DNA from: a virus
DNA length: 64,000 nt
Strand: one strand, 5' to 3'
Virus record (IMG/VR): IMGVR_UViG_3300025133_000023
The notes below the pieces were generated by a model, which was not told the DNA's origin, did not search any database, and saw nothing but the letters and a program-made list of their open reading frames with translations. Shown here piece by piece: positions 56,185 through 64,000 of this stretch. Position 1 is the first letter of the stretch; every line of letters begins with the position of its first letter. A program made the position numbers and the translations under genes.

Positions 56185-56434
56185 CTCTGTTATTACCACC
56201 CTTGTCTATAGGTGTTTGGACTGTGGCATGATGCTTAAGCCTAAGCGTATCATTGGTCAAGGCCAGGTAAGCTCTATCAAGCGTACAATCCATGGACTTC
56301 TGCCCGAAGACGCTACCGATGAGCCAGGCTCTAAGCGTGTTGATTTGGGTGTGCTGACTGGGACGAGGAAGAAGCCTCTAAGAGTCCCTGGAGGCCTCAC
56401 AGGAGCTAACATGGGCTTCCCCAGCGCCAAGTAA
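56075..56434 (+). CDS. zinc-ribbon hypothetical protein
   Basis: CECKKC..CLDCG. Confidence 0.65.
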   Translation: MPIEQMISICECKKCKSTLFESVEAAIIQQNENGTYNSVITTLVYRCLDCGMMLKPKRIIGQGQVSSIKRTIHGLLPEDATDEPGSKRVDLGVLTGTRKKPLRVPGGLTGANMGFPSAK

Positions 56435-56679
56435 TGATCTTAGTCTCACAGTCACCCCTAGCGAATAAGGCAAACCTAGTCTCCCACAAGTGGGAACGCT
56501 ACATAGGGGGTAAAATAGCGCTTTGTATTGGGACAAATCCTTTGGGGATTCTCTTTAATGAGCCCTTCACTAGTCAGGATATGATTGACAGTTTCGTCAA
56601 GATGTCCAAGGTAAAGCTAAGGCCTCAAGCCACCATTATCCACCCTAAACAGTGGAAACTCTTCACCAGTGGCCTCTAA
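56434..56679 (+). CDS. small hypothetical protein, MILVS N-terminus
   Basis: TAATG coupling; fills gap. Confidence 0.65.
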   Translation: MILVSQSPLANKANLVSHKWERYIGGKIALCIGTNPLGILFNEPFTSQDMIDSFVKMSKVKLRPQATIIHPKQWKLFTSGL

Positions 56680-57256
56680 AAGACACAAGAAAGTAGGGGA
56701 ACTCCTCGATTCTATACCCCTTACTGCCAACATGCAGAAGAAGGAAGAGGTAAGCGTTAAAGAGCTAGTCCCCAGCTTTCCAGGCGGTAGAAAGAAGATT
56801 GATTGGTATGTTAAAGAGTTAAAGTTAGTAATTGAAGTTCATGGTCGACAACATTATGAACCCGTAGCATTCGGTAATAGAGGAGACGCCAAGTTTCAAT
56901 ATGGGAAGCAAGTAAGACATGATATTGATAAGCAAAACGCCCTCCTCGGAGCAGGGTATCTTTACCTCGAAATACCGTACTGGATTAAACTCACCAAAGA
57001 TTGGTTCCTTCAGGCGATCACAGAGCTGGAACACGAATCACGTACCAAGCCTGATGTTGGGCCTACAGCTAAGCCTGTTCGACAACCTAGAGTTGGTAAT
57101 AAACTCCTATCTAGGGGGTTTGAACCTCCCTCAAAGCACAATCTTCTGTCAGGAAATCGTCTCAGATCTAGAGGTTTTCCGAAGAAAGATACTCCTAAAG
57201 ACACCTGGAAGCAGGATTTAGAAAAAATAAAGGATACGCATGATCTCAATGACTGA
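56669..57256 (+). CDS. DUF559/Vsr-like PD-(D/E)XK endonuclease
   Basis: IDWYV..LVIEVHGRQHY..D..K. Confidence 0.75.
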   Translation: MASKRHKKVGELLDSIPLTANMQKKEEVSVKELVPSFPGGRKKIDWYVKELKLVIEVHGRQHYEPVAFGNRGDAKFQYGKQVRHDIDKQNALLGAGYLYLEIPYWIKLTKDWFLQAITELEHESRTKPDVGPTAKPVRQPRVGNKLLSRGFEPPSKHNLLSGNRLRSRGFPKKDTPKDTWKQDLEKIKDTHDLND

Positions 57257-57899
57257 TGCGGAAGCGACAGAAACACTTCCAGAAGAAATGGACATCATGT
57301 CCTTTGAAGCTGGTGGGTTACCACCAGAACTACTCAAGGCTCTCAGTGAGAGCGGAAAAGATAATAGAATCATTGGCCTATTTGGCGATATTGGACCAGA
57401 GATCTCATCTGCTGTGTTAAGTGCACTTGTTTCACTACAGATGGAGAGTCCTGACGAAGAAATAACTATCTTCATTAATTCAGGTGGCGGTAATGTTACC
57501 GACGCTCTTGCTATATGGGATGCAATTGAAGCCTGTACTTGCCCTATCGTCATGGTTGGCGTTGGAAGAGTCATGAGCGCAGCTGCTTTCCTTATGTATG
57601 CAGGAGATAAGGGACGGCGCTACCTTTCCCCCAACACACTGGTTATGGCTCACCAAGTAAGTTATGGAGCTATGGGAACATACTCTGAAATGAAGGTTCA
57701 GCACCGTGCAGCAAGCATGCTCAAGGAAAGAATGATTGACCTCATGGCAAAGAGAGCTAACCTTAAGGGTTCTATTGTCTCTCGTAGGAAGAAGCTCGCA
57801 AAGGTTTGGGAAGATGCACATGACCAGTATTTCTGGCCCGAAGAGGGCATCGAGGCACTAGGCCTAGCAGATAATATCGGCCTGCCTCACTCGGAATAA
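57240..57899 (+). CDS. clpP: ClpP-family protease subunit
   Basis: IFINSGGG, IWDAI, VMSAAAFL (Ser), MAHQ (His), D-YF..EE..GLAD. Confidence 0.9.
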   Translation: MISMTDAEATETLPEEMDIMSFEAGGLPPELLKALSESGKDNRIIGLFGDIGPEISSAVLSALVSLQMESPDEEITIFINSGGGNVTDALAIWDAIEACTCPIVMVGVGRVMSAAAFLMYAGDKGRRYLSPNTLVMAHQVSYGAMGTYSEMKVQHRAASMLKERMIDLMAKRANLKGSIVSRRKKLAKVWEDAHDQYFWPEEGIEALGLADNIGLPHSE

Positions 57900-57902
57900 C
57901 AC

Positions 57903-58103
57903 ATGCACCTTAAGTCATACGTTGAAACAAGCCATGTCTGGGACGAGGACACTCAGAAGTTTGTCCCCGTCCCCACTGAAACCTACTATATCGATGGACA
58001 AGAAGTAACTCGTGATACCTACATGGAGAAAATCGCAGAGTGGGAGAGCACGCTTCTTCTAACCGATCCAATTGAGGATAATGAGCAATCCAAAGCAGAT
58101 TAA
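57903..58103 (+). CDS. small hypothetical protein
   Basis: Fills gap. Confidence 0.6.
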   Translation: MHLKSYVETSHVWDEDTQKFVPVPTETYYIDGQEVTRDTYMEKIAEWESTLLLTDPIEDNEQSKAD

Positions 58104-58632
58104 GGTAGTCCACTACGGTGAGCCAATTACCAAAAGTAATGCTCACCACTATAAGTGGAACCATAGAAAGAAGAAGATGGATGTTTTCATCGACACCCCT
58201 AAGGTGGAGTATGAGAATGCCCTTCGGGAGACCGCTATCAAAACGGTAGAGGCCTTGGGACTGACGGAGCCAATAGCTGGACCAGTTATCATCTCTATCC
58301 GATACTTTCTAGGGTCACGACGTGCGAAAGACCTGACGAACCTTCCGAAAACAACCTGTGATGCCCTAAATGGAGTGGTCTACGATGATGACTCGATGAT
58401 CGTCAAGGCTACCCTCGCCAAATATTATGATAAAAACAATCCGCGAGTCGAGATCGTAGTCACTCCAGCTAAGGACCTTAAAACACATGAATGGCCTATC
58501 GCAGAACGTTTCCTTGGTGAGAACCCAGATCGTGCAAAGTCTCGAAGAGCAACTGAAGTTAATTCTGCCCCCAAACCAGCCTATAAGCCCAAGCGTAAGC
58601 GAACTTATAAGCGAAAGCTTAAGAAACGTTAA
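58081..58632 (+). CDS. rusA: RusA-family Holliday junction resolvase
   Basis: DLTNLPK..DALNGVVYDDDS.IV..K.Y..NPRVEI. Confidence 0.9.
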   Translation: MSNPKQIKVVHYGEPITKSNAHHYKWNHRKKKMDVFIDTPKVEYENALRETAIKTVEALGLTEPIAGPVIISIRYFLGSRRAKDLTNLPKTTCDALNGVVYDDDSMIVKATLAKYYDKNNPRVEIVVTPAKDLKTHEWPIAERFLGENPDRAKSRRATEVNSAPKPAYKPKRKRTYKRKLKKR

Positions 58633-59023
58633 TACAGAGTCAGTTGAAGATGACTTCCAGATTATTGTAACTAAAATCTGGGAGCTGTTGTCTCTGTATC
58701 GAGGAAACCGAAGCCAAGCATATGAATACATTTGCAGGCATCTTTCTACCTTCATTTCCACATTTTCTAATTCTAGCGATCCTTGTCTCTGTGTTTATTC
58801 TCCTAGCGAGAGTAAAAAGCAATTGACACCACCTCCAATGGAGGCTATTATAGACCTATGGTACATGCATCCGTGGGATCAGTATCTTTTGTGGCAATAC
58901 AACGTCGAAGAACGCAGTGTCCGAGACATTCAAAAACTAACTAGTGTTAGTAAAACACTAATAGCTAGAGATTTAAGGAATATACATGGCTATTCTGAGA
59001 AAAAACATTTCCAAGGGCTATGA
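58487..59023 (+). CDS. hypothetical protein with C-terminal HTH (sigma region-4-like)
   Basis: RSVRDIQKLTSVSKTLIARDL; true start uncertain. Confidence 0.45.
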   Translation: MNGLSQNVSLVRTQIVQSLEEQLKLILPPNQPISPSVSELISESLRNVNTESVEDDFQIIVTKIWELLSLYRGNRSQAYEYICRHLSTFISTFSNSSDPCLCVYSPSESKKQLTPPPMEAIIDLWYMHPWDQYLLWQYNVEERSVRDIQKLTSVSKTLIARDLRNIHGYSEKKHFQGL

Positions 59024-59450
59024 GCCCCAGACCCAGGCAGACATTGTCGCCCAAAAGTTCCCACGAGAGGACACTAGAATCGCTACCTTTAAGGCAGAGC
59101 ACAACACAGATATGGGCATTGGCAGTTTGCCAGCCCTGAGTGGTGATTTTAACGACGAAGACCAGTTCACGGCATTCACTATTAACACGATGAGAATGAG
59201 ACGGTGCTATGAATGGCAGTATACGGCCTGTGACCCTGGTAAGGAGCTTCAGTGGCGATCTGTTTTGAATGCACGCTCAGCTTCACGACTCGACCTACAG
59301 GCACAGGCAGAAAAAGCAGCCGACGTTATCTTCTCCCAGGAAAATTGTTTGGGTATTAGAATTAGTGTCGAGAATGGAATTGAAGCAGCCTTCAGTAATG
59401 AAGTGCCAGCAGAGGACCCAACCCTGGTCCTCACATACCGTAGAATCTAA
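58986..59450 (+). CDS. hypothetical protein
   Basis: ATG with AAGGA. Confidence 0.75.
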   Translation: MAILRKNISKGYEPQTQADIVAQKFPREDTRIATFKAEHNTDMGIGSLPALSGDFNDEDQFTAFTINTMRMRRCYEWQYTACDPGKELQWRSVLNARSASRLDLQAQAEKAADVIFSQENCLGIRISVENGIEAAFSNEVPAEDPTLVLTYRRI

Positions 59451-59533
59451 TCCCCCTTAGACATCTACTACTCCCTGGAAGGTCATCTCGGCATAGCTGA
59501 GGTGGCCTTTTCTAGTTTCCTTTAGGGGTTCTT

Positions 59534-59752
59534 ATGATAATGCTGAGCAACAAGACAGAATTTAGACCAGTAGTAGCGTTAGTCTGGGAGATGGGTGTGC
59601 AGCACGGTGCTGAAAACCCTGTCTCAGCAGCTATGTGGGTCATACCTACCAAGCTCGAATGCTCCTACCATTCATGGATGCCTAGCCCTCCTGAGAAGGT
59701 TCATCTATGCTGGGGAAATAAGGATCTTCACGAGGGAATGTGCTCTTTATAA
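59534..59752 (+). CDS. small hypothetical protein, MIMLS N-terminus
   Basis: First of five-ORF array. Confidence 0.6.
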   Translation: MIMLSNKTEFRPVVALVWEMGVQHGAENPVSAAMWVIPTKLECSYHSWMPSPPEKVHLCWGNKDLHEGMCSL

Positions 59753-59934
59753 GCCACAATCCTACCTACAGGATAATACCCCTAGAGGAGTGGAGTCGGT
59801 GGAGCTTCAAGGCTATGGGACTCGAACGCTACCTCTACTTTTACGACACTATCTACAAACGCCATCCTCTTATCTCTCATCTTTACCTTACATTGAGAGC
59901 CCGTGCTGGTTACGATCTTCTAGGTCGCTGGTAG
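59740..59934 (+). CDS. small hypothetical protein, MLFIS N-terminus
   Basis: GAGGGA upstream of GTG/ATG-region start; overlaps previous stop. Confidence 0.6.
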   Translation: MLFISHNPTYRIIPLEEWSRWSFKAMGLERYLYFYDTIYKRHPLISHLYLTLRARAGYDLLGRW

Positions 59935-59959
59935 AGTCTGATACACTATAAGGACATGT

Positions 59960-60145
59960 ATGTTATTCATGACTTTAGATAAACCAACCTCTCCTTCAAT
60001 CAGGCTACGATGGGGCCGCTTTGATTGGTGGGAGAACGATAAGATTGTATGGCACATTCCTTTGAATGAACATGGAGTCATATGCTTTAAAAACATCCAT
60101 CTCAACTACGCAAAATATCGGTTGGTACTGGCCATATATAAATGA
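59960..60145 (+). CDS. small hypothetical protein, MLFMT N-terminus
   Basis: AAGGA upstream. Confidence 0.6.
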   Translation: MLFMTLDKPTSPSIRLRWGRFDWWENDKIVWHIPLNEHGVICFKNIHLNYAKYRLVLAIYK

Positions 60146-60366
60146 TCTTACTGACTTGTGGGCGACCAATTTATACCCCGGCAAAGCTGGGTAAATTCAC
60201 CTTTTACCCTGGCACAGCTAAGCCTCGTGAGTTCATCCACCGCTTTAGATTCAAGACAGATGTGTGCTTCGAGATCAATTCCTGTAAAGACATTGTCTAT
60301 GATCAACACATCTTCACTTTTACCCGGCATTTGCATCTACGCTGCGTGAATGATCTTCCTATCTAA
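60142..60366 (+). CDS. small hypothetical protein, MILLT N-terminus
   Basis: ATGA coupling. Confidence 0.6.
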   Translation: MILLTCGRPIYTPAKLGKFTFYPGTAKPREFIHRFRFKTDVCFEINSCKDIVYDQHIFTFTRHLHLRCVNDLPI

Positions 60367-60565
60367 CACACTTAAGCGCGCGCCGACGTTAGTCGGACGC
60401 TACACTTGGGCCTCAGGCTCATCTAGAGTTACGACTCACCACTTCAAGGCTCATGAGCACTGCATCTGCTGGGATATAGAGACTGAGGTTCAGATCGCAA
60501 TAACCCTGGGTGCTCTTGTGCTTACTAAGCATCTTCACTTCTACCTAGGAGCCATCAATGATTGA
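60350..60565 (+). CDS. small hypothetical protein, MIFLS N-terminus
   Basis: Overlap-coupled to neighbours. Confidence 0.6.
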   Translation: MIFLSNTLKRAPTLVGRYTWASGSSRVTTHHFKAHEHCICWDIETEVQIAITLGALVLTKHLHFYLGAIND

Positions 60566-61046
60566 TTTATATACTTCCGAAGGTTACTTTACGCAGACTC
60601 GACGAGTCCTTGATCTACTATCAAAAGGAAACACCGAAGAGCTCGCGAACTTTGAGCTAAGCCCTCTCAATCACCCCTATTGGTCTCCATACTTCCTTCC
60701 ATTTGAGGATGAAGTCTATGCCATCAATTTTGCCAAGACTCACACCTATATTATCCTCGAAGAGACTGGTGAATTTACTTGGGCTCAAGCGCTTTGGGAA
60801 CATGAACTCCCCACACGCAAAAAAGCTCCCCGTACCCACGAGGAGCCTTGCTTTTTGTGCATGCCAGGGCTTACGGTCTGGTCGAACCGATGGGTTGCTT
60901 CAGACCCCGATCAGTGTGCCTGGTACATAGGGATAAAGATTATGTCCGATGATAACTTTCTAGAATCGCGAGGCGTGCCTCTGTACCCGTTAGGCGTACA
61001 GAATGCTCTGCTACCTCCGTCTGCCGTAGCAAACCTAGTTGGGTAA
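60558..61046 (+). CDS. hypothetical protein
   Basis: AGGAG upstream; 3' end overlaps convergent gene. Confidence 0.65.
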   Translation: MIDLYTSEGYFTQTRRVLDLLSKGNTEELANFELSPLNHPYWSPYFLPFEDEVYAINFAKTHTYIILEETGEFTWAQALWEHELPTRKKAPRTHEEPCFLCMPGLTVWSNRWVASDPDQCAWYIGIKIMSDDNFLESRGVPLYPLGVQNALLPPSAVANLVG

Positions 61047-61155
61047 CTTGGTCTACTGTTACGAACTTCGTGATAGCAGTGAGAATGCTATTTACAGCAG
61101 ACTCTAGAGCCCTGACTCGTCTTTCTAAGTCTAGGTATTCATTAGTGGTTGGCAT
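60940..61155 (-). CDS. small coiled-coil protein
   Basis: LERRVRALE heptads; coupled to upstream - strand gene. Confidence 0.65.
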   Translation of the reverse strand: MPTTNEYLDLERRVRALESAVNSILTAITKFVTVDQVTQLGLLRQTEVAEHSVRLTGTEARLAILESYHRT

Positions 61156-61461
61156 TTATAGTAGGTCTCCATCGATCTCCTCTTCAGTGATCGTTATTGT
61201 TGCGCCTTGAGCATCAAGGTCGGCGTTGTATTGATGGTCAGGAAGGAAGCTGGTATGCTTTTCAACAACATTAGCTCCAAAATAAGCAGCCCATAAAAGG
61301 GTAAGCACGGCAGCCCAAGTAGATTCCCCAATCAATACCCAAGTAAAGTTAACACCCAAAGCAACAGCACTAGCACTGGCTAACGTAGGAGCAATAAGCA
61401 TAGCAGTAGCAAGGCTAGTTAAAAGCCAAGCTGCTCTAAGCTTTCTATTCCCTCGTTTCAT
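61156..61461 (-). CDS. holin-like multi-TM protein
   Basis: Basic N-terminus, 2-3 hydrophobic helices, YFGANVVEK. Confidence 0.55.
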   Translation of the reverse strand: MKRGNRKLRAAWLLTSLATAMLIAPTLASASAVALGVNFTWVLIGESTWAAVLTLLWAAYFGANVVEKHTSFLPDHQYNADLDAQGATITITEEEIDGDLL

Positions 61462-61463
61462 AG

Positions 61464-61793
61464 TTAAGATCTATCGTGTTGGTCCTTCATCATCTGCTTA
61501 AGCTCAAGGAGCGTAGCTTCAATGTGAACAAGCCGAGAACTCACCTCTACAAAGGCTTCCTTTTTAACAGTGTGTTCTTCTAGGTTGGTAAACTTTAATT
61601 CAAGTGCCTGAATCTTTAGATTTATCTTATTGTGAGTAGTAGTAGCATCCTTTTCATGCTTGTCTAGCTGTGTCTCAACAATAGCGTCCATGTCTGCCGT
61701 AAAGCTTGACTTAAGCCTGTAGTAGATTGTAAGCAAGCCGCCAAACAGTCCGACAAGACCAATAGCGCTAGTTCCGATTGTAATAGGCTCCAT
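61464..61793 (-). CDS. TM plus coiled-coil protein (lysis-cassette-like)
   Basis: One N-terminal TM then heptads. Confidence 0.55.
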   Translation of the reverse strand: MEPITIGTSAIGLVGLFGGLLTIYYRLKSSFTADMDAIVETQLDKHEKDATTTHNKINLKIQALELKFTNLEEHTVKKEAFVEVSSRLVHIEATLLELKQMMKDQHDRS

Positions 61794-61816
61794 CTAGTAT
61801 CCCCTCTGTAAGACGA

Positions 61817-62137
61817 TCAAGACCAACTCGAACCACATCTGCATGTTGTTTTCGCATTAGGGTTATTAAATTGAAACCCCTTACTGAAGGGCTCATCAAT
61901 GTAATCAATCTCAGTGTCCTCTAACAAAGCATATGAATGACTATCCACACACACCGTCAGATCCCCGGCACTAAAGACTATATCCTCTTCGTCTGGCTCA
62001 TCAAAATCTAATGCATAACTATATCCAGAACATCCACCACCCCTTACGGCTACCCGTAGGGCTTTCCCTTGGCATTCAGAATCTTCTTGCATTGTCTGTA
62101 AGATTGTTGTCGTTGCTATTTGAGTTAGGCTTATCAT
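61817..62137 (-). CDS. iscA: A-type Fe-S carrier (IscA/HesB family)
   Basis: LRVAVRGGGCSGYSY, GFQFNNPNAKTTCRCGSSW. Confidence 0.95.
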   Translation of the reverse strand: MISLTQIATTTILQTMQEDSECQGKALRVAVRGGGCSGYSYALDFDEPDEEDIVFSAGDLTVCVDSHSYALLEDTEIDYIDEPFSKGFQFNNPNAKTTCRCGSSWS

Positions 62138-62143
62138 ATAATT

Positions 62144-63301
62144 TTATTCCTTAAGTAGGCGAGAAAGCTCTTCTAGTCTTTTTTCTGGACGTTTTAAGCC
62201 AGCTACTACCGTATAGACACGAAGCTTGCCCCTACCAGATTCATAGATTCCTCTGTGAACAAGCGCATCTCCGACAATATTAGCAGTCGTGTCGAAGCCA
62301 AATTCAATAGCATCCATTAATCCCTCAACTTCTGCGAAAAGATCTCTACCTCCGACGACTACAGTAGCTACGCCCTCAGCCGTACTAAGGTCAAAGCCTC
62401 CTGCAAGCAAAGTCTTTCCAAGGTTATCCTTCAGTGCCTTACTAATAGAGGTATGAGAAGATACATCCCTTACGGTAGTAATGCCTAATAGCATACAACC
62501 ACTTAGGGAGAGTAGGGAGTCGAAATCAGCAGGATCAAAAGACGTGTACTCACTGTTCTTGATTGTAATAACGTTAAGTGTATGGAAAAGTCCAGCCACA
62601 GTGTTATTGACGGTCGGCCAGAACTGCTTGACTGTCATACGAGGATAAAGCTTCTTAATCTTATCGTTATCAACAATTAATAGTGGAGCAATCTGACCTA
62701 CTTCTGCCATAGTGCACAGATCAGTCACTAGATTCTTAGCATTCTGAGCTACTCTAGGAGAGGCACACTCTCCTGAGGTTGGTAGAGCAATCACTACGCC
62801 AGTTCTTCGTTCAGCATCAACATGACCAATATAGCGTAAATATCTCTGAGCCAGGTCGATCAAAACTTTACAAGATCCACCGCCAGATCCACCGCCTGCT
62901 CCAGCAGCCACGAAGATCCTATCAACCTTACCGAAGGTCTTAAGCATTAGGTTGTAGATGTCCTGATCACAGGATTCAGCGGCCAGTCGACCAGCTTCCA
63001 TGTTCTTTCCAGCACCCTTCAAGTCACCACCTAGATGAACCTTCTGATTCTCTGGTAGCTGTATGTGATGAAGGTCGTGCTTAGCTGTGTTGACTACAAG
63101 AGCTTTCTTATATCCAAGCTTATAGAAAGCCTCTACTAAGCGACTACCACCCTGGCCACCACCTAGGAAGGCAATTTCAATAGAGCCACCATGAGTAGAC
63201 TCAAGACCGATGTCCTCATCTTCAGGGATTTCAAAATCTTCAATAGGAAGATCAGGAATACCTAAATCAAAGTCATCTTCTTCGTTAAATTCTTCAGTCA
63301 T
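62144..63301 (-). CDS. tubulin/FtsZ-family GTPase (TubZ/PhuZ/CetZ-like)
   Basis: GGGQGGSRL, VNTA..DL, GAGKN, AGAGGGSGGG signature, DND, DPADF T7 loop. Confidence 0.9.
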   Translation of the reverse strand: MTEEFNEEDDFDLGIPDLPIEDFEIPEDEDIGLESTHGGSIEIAFLGGGQGGSRLVEAFYKLGYKKALVVNTAKHDLHHIQLPENQKVHLGGDLKGAGKNMEAGRLAAESCDQDIYNLMLKTFGKVDRIFVAAGAGGGSGGGSCKVLIDLAQRYLRYIGHVDAERRTGVVIALPTSGECASPRVAQNAKNLVTDLCTMAEVGQIAPLLIVDNDKIKKLYPRMTVKQFWPTVNNTVAGLFHTLNVITIKNSEYTSFDPADFDSLLSLSGCMLLGITTVRDVSSHTSISKALKDNLGKTLLAGGFDLSTAEGVATVVVGGRDLFAEVEGLMDAIEFGFDTTANIVGDALVHRGIYESGRGKLRVYTVVAGLKRPEKRLEELSRLLKE

Positions 63302-63340
63302 AGTAGTGACTCCTTTTTGTAGAGTAGAGTAGAGCTCTTA

Positions 63341-64000
63341 TTATACCAGATCAGTCTCTATCATCATCTTTACTAAGTCGTCAACGGTGTGCGTTGCCTC
63401 CCAGCCTAGTACCTGGTTAATTTTAGTTGGATTGCCTAACAGATTGGGGACTTCAGATGGCCTCATGAAACGTGGATCGTAATCCACATACTTTTCCCAG
63501 GCCGAATCGTCCAATCCAGCGGATCGAATTGCACTGCGTAGGAAGTCTCGAACTGAGATGGACTTGCCTGTAGCAACAATGAACTCGTCTGGCTCATCTG
63601 CATCCAGCATAAGATCCATAGCCTGCACATAATCTCCAGCGAAACCCCAATCTCTTCGGGCGTCAATGTTTCCAAGGCTGATTGTTTCCGCCTTTCCCTG
63701 TGCGATTGCAGAAATTCCAAGAGTAATTTTTCTTGTAACGAAGTCGCTCCCACGACGAGGTGACTCATGATTGAAGAGAATCCCGTTGCAGGCAAAAAGA
63801 CCATACGCTTCGCGGTAGTTTTTAACAGCCCAGTAGGCTGCAAGCTTAGCAACACCATAGGGACTCCTAGGGTAAAGAGGACTGTCTTCAGTGTAGCCAG
63901 TAGAGGGACAGTCAAGTCCACCAAATAGCTCACTAGTAGATGCCTGGTAGAACCTAGTCTCGGGAGAGTTCCTCCGAATGGAATCCAAGACTACAATGAC
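63341..64000 (-). CDS. gmd: GDP-mannose 4,6-dehydratase (5' part outside window)
   Basis: YQASTSELFG, PRSPYGVAKL, GILFNHESPRRG..FVTRKI, LGN.DARRDWG. Confidence 0.95.
   Translation of the reverse strand, partial: VIVVLDSIRRNSPETRFYQASTSELFGGLDCPSTGYTEDSPLYPRSPYGVAKLAAYWAVKNYREAYGLFACNGILFNHESPRRGSDFVTRKITLGISAIAQGKAETISLGNIDARRDWGFAGDYVQAMDLMLDADEPDEFIVATGKSISVRDFLRSAIRSAGLDDSAWEKYVDYDPRFMRPSEVPNLLGNPTKINQVLGWEATHTVDDLVKMMIETDLV

Noticed and set aside
60940-61046. 107-nt overlap of convergent genes as a toxin-antitoxin or antisense system
   Set aside because: More simply a run-on of the + strand ORF at the strand switch; no supporting motifs.
62144-63301. Nucleus-forming (chimallin) lifestyle inferred from tubulin
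   Set aside because: No chimallin-like gene is recognisable in the window; tubulin alone is insufficient.
1-64000. Stop-codon recoding as in some large phages
   Set aside because: Long conserved genes are intact in code 11, TAG and TGA end genes at expected positions, and no suppressor tRNA is seen.

Overview
A 64 kb segment of a large (jumbo-type) dsDNA bacteriophage genome read in the standard code, almost all on the + strand with a short - strand pair at 13-14.7 kb and a - strand block from 60.9 kb to the edge. It holds a tRNA-rich region (10 tRNA genes, several structurally odd, plus 2 degenerate tRNA-like elements), translation and quality-control genes (IF3, PDF, CCA-adding enzyme, GroES, ClpP), rIIA/rIIB, an NAD+ salvage module (NadM-Nudix, NAMPT, CinA-like domain), nucleotide metabolism (ThyA, DHFR, class II RNR, GuaB/GuaC-like, Nudix, NT5C), replication and recombination (DnaE, primase-helicase, RecA, RusA, Cas4-like), a sugar-nucleotide cluster (GmhB, PfkB/HldE kinase, eukaryote-type PMM, cupin, Gmd), IscA and a tubulin/FtsZ homolog. 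The two strongest candidates for new biology are: (1) two homologous ncRNAs at 2910-3086 and 3819-3941 that share a bulged terminal stem with ACAGCAAAC and each enclose a circularly permuted tRNA, one an apparently complete tRNA-Ile(GAU) opened at the D-loop and one with YrlA Y-RNA topology; (2) about 13 otherwise dissimilar 60-105 aa ORFs, dispersed and in a tandem array, that all begin M-hydrophobic x3-S/T. There are also several unexplained structured RNAs and a Whirly-like protein. All calls come from motif recognition and manual base-pairing; no searches or folding programs were run.
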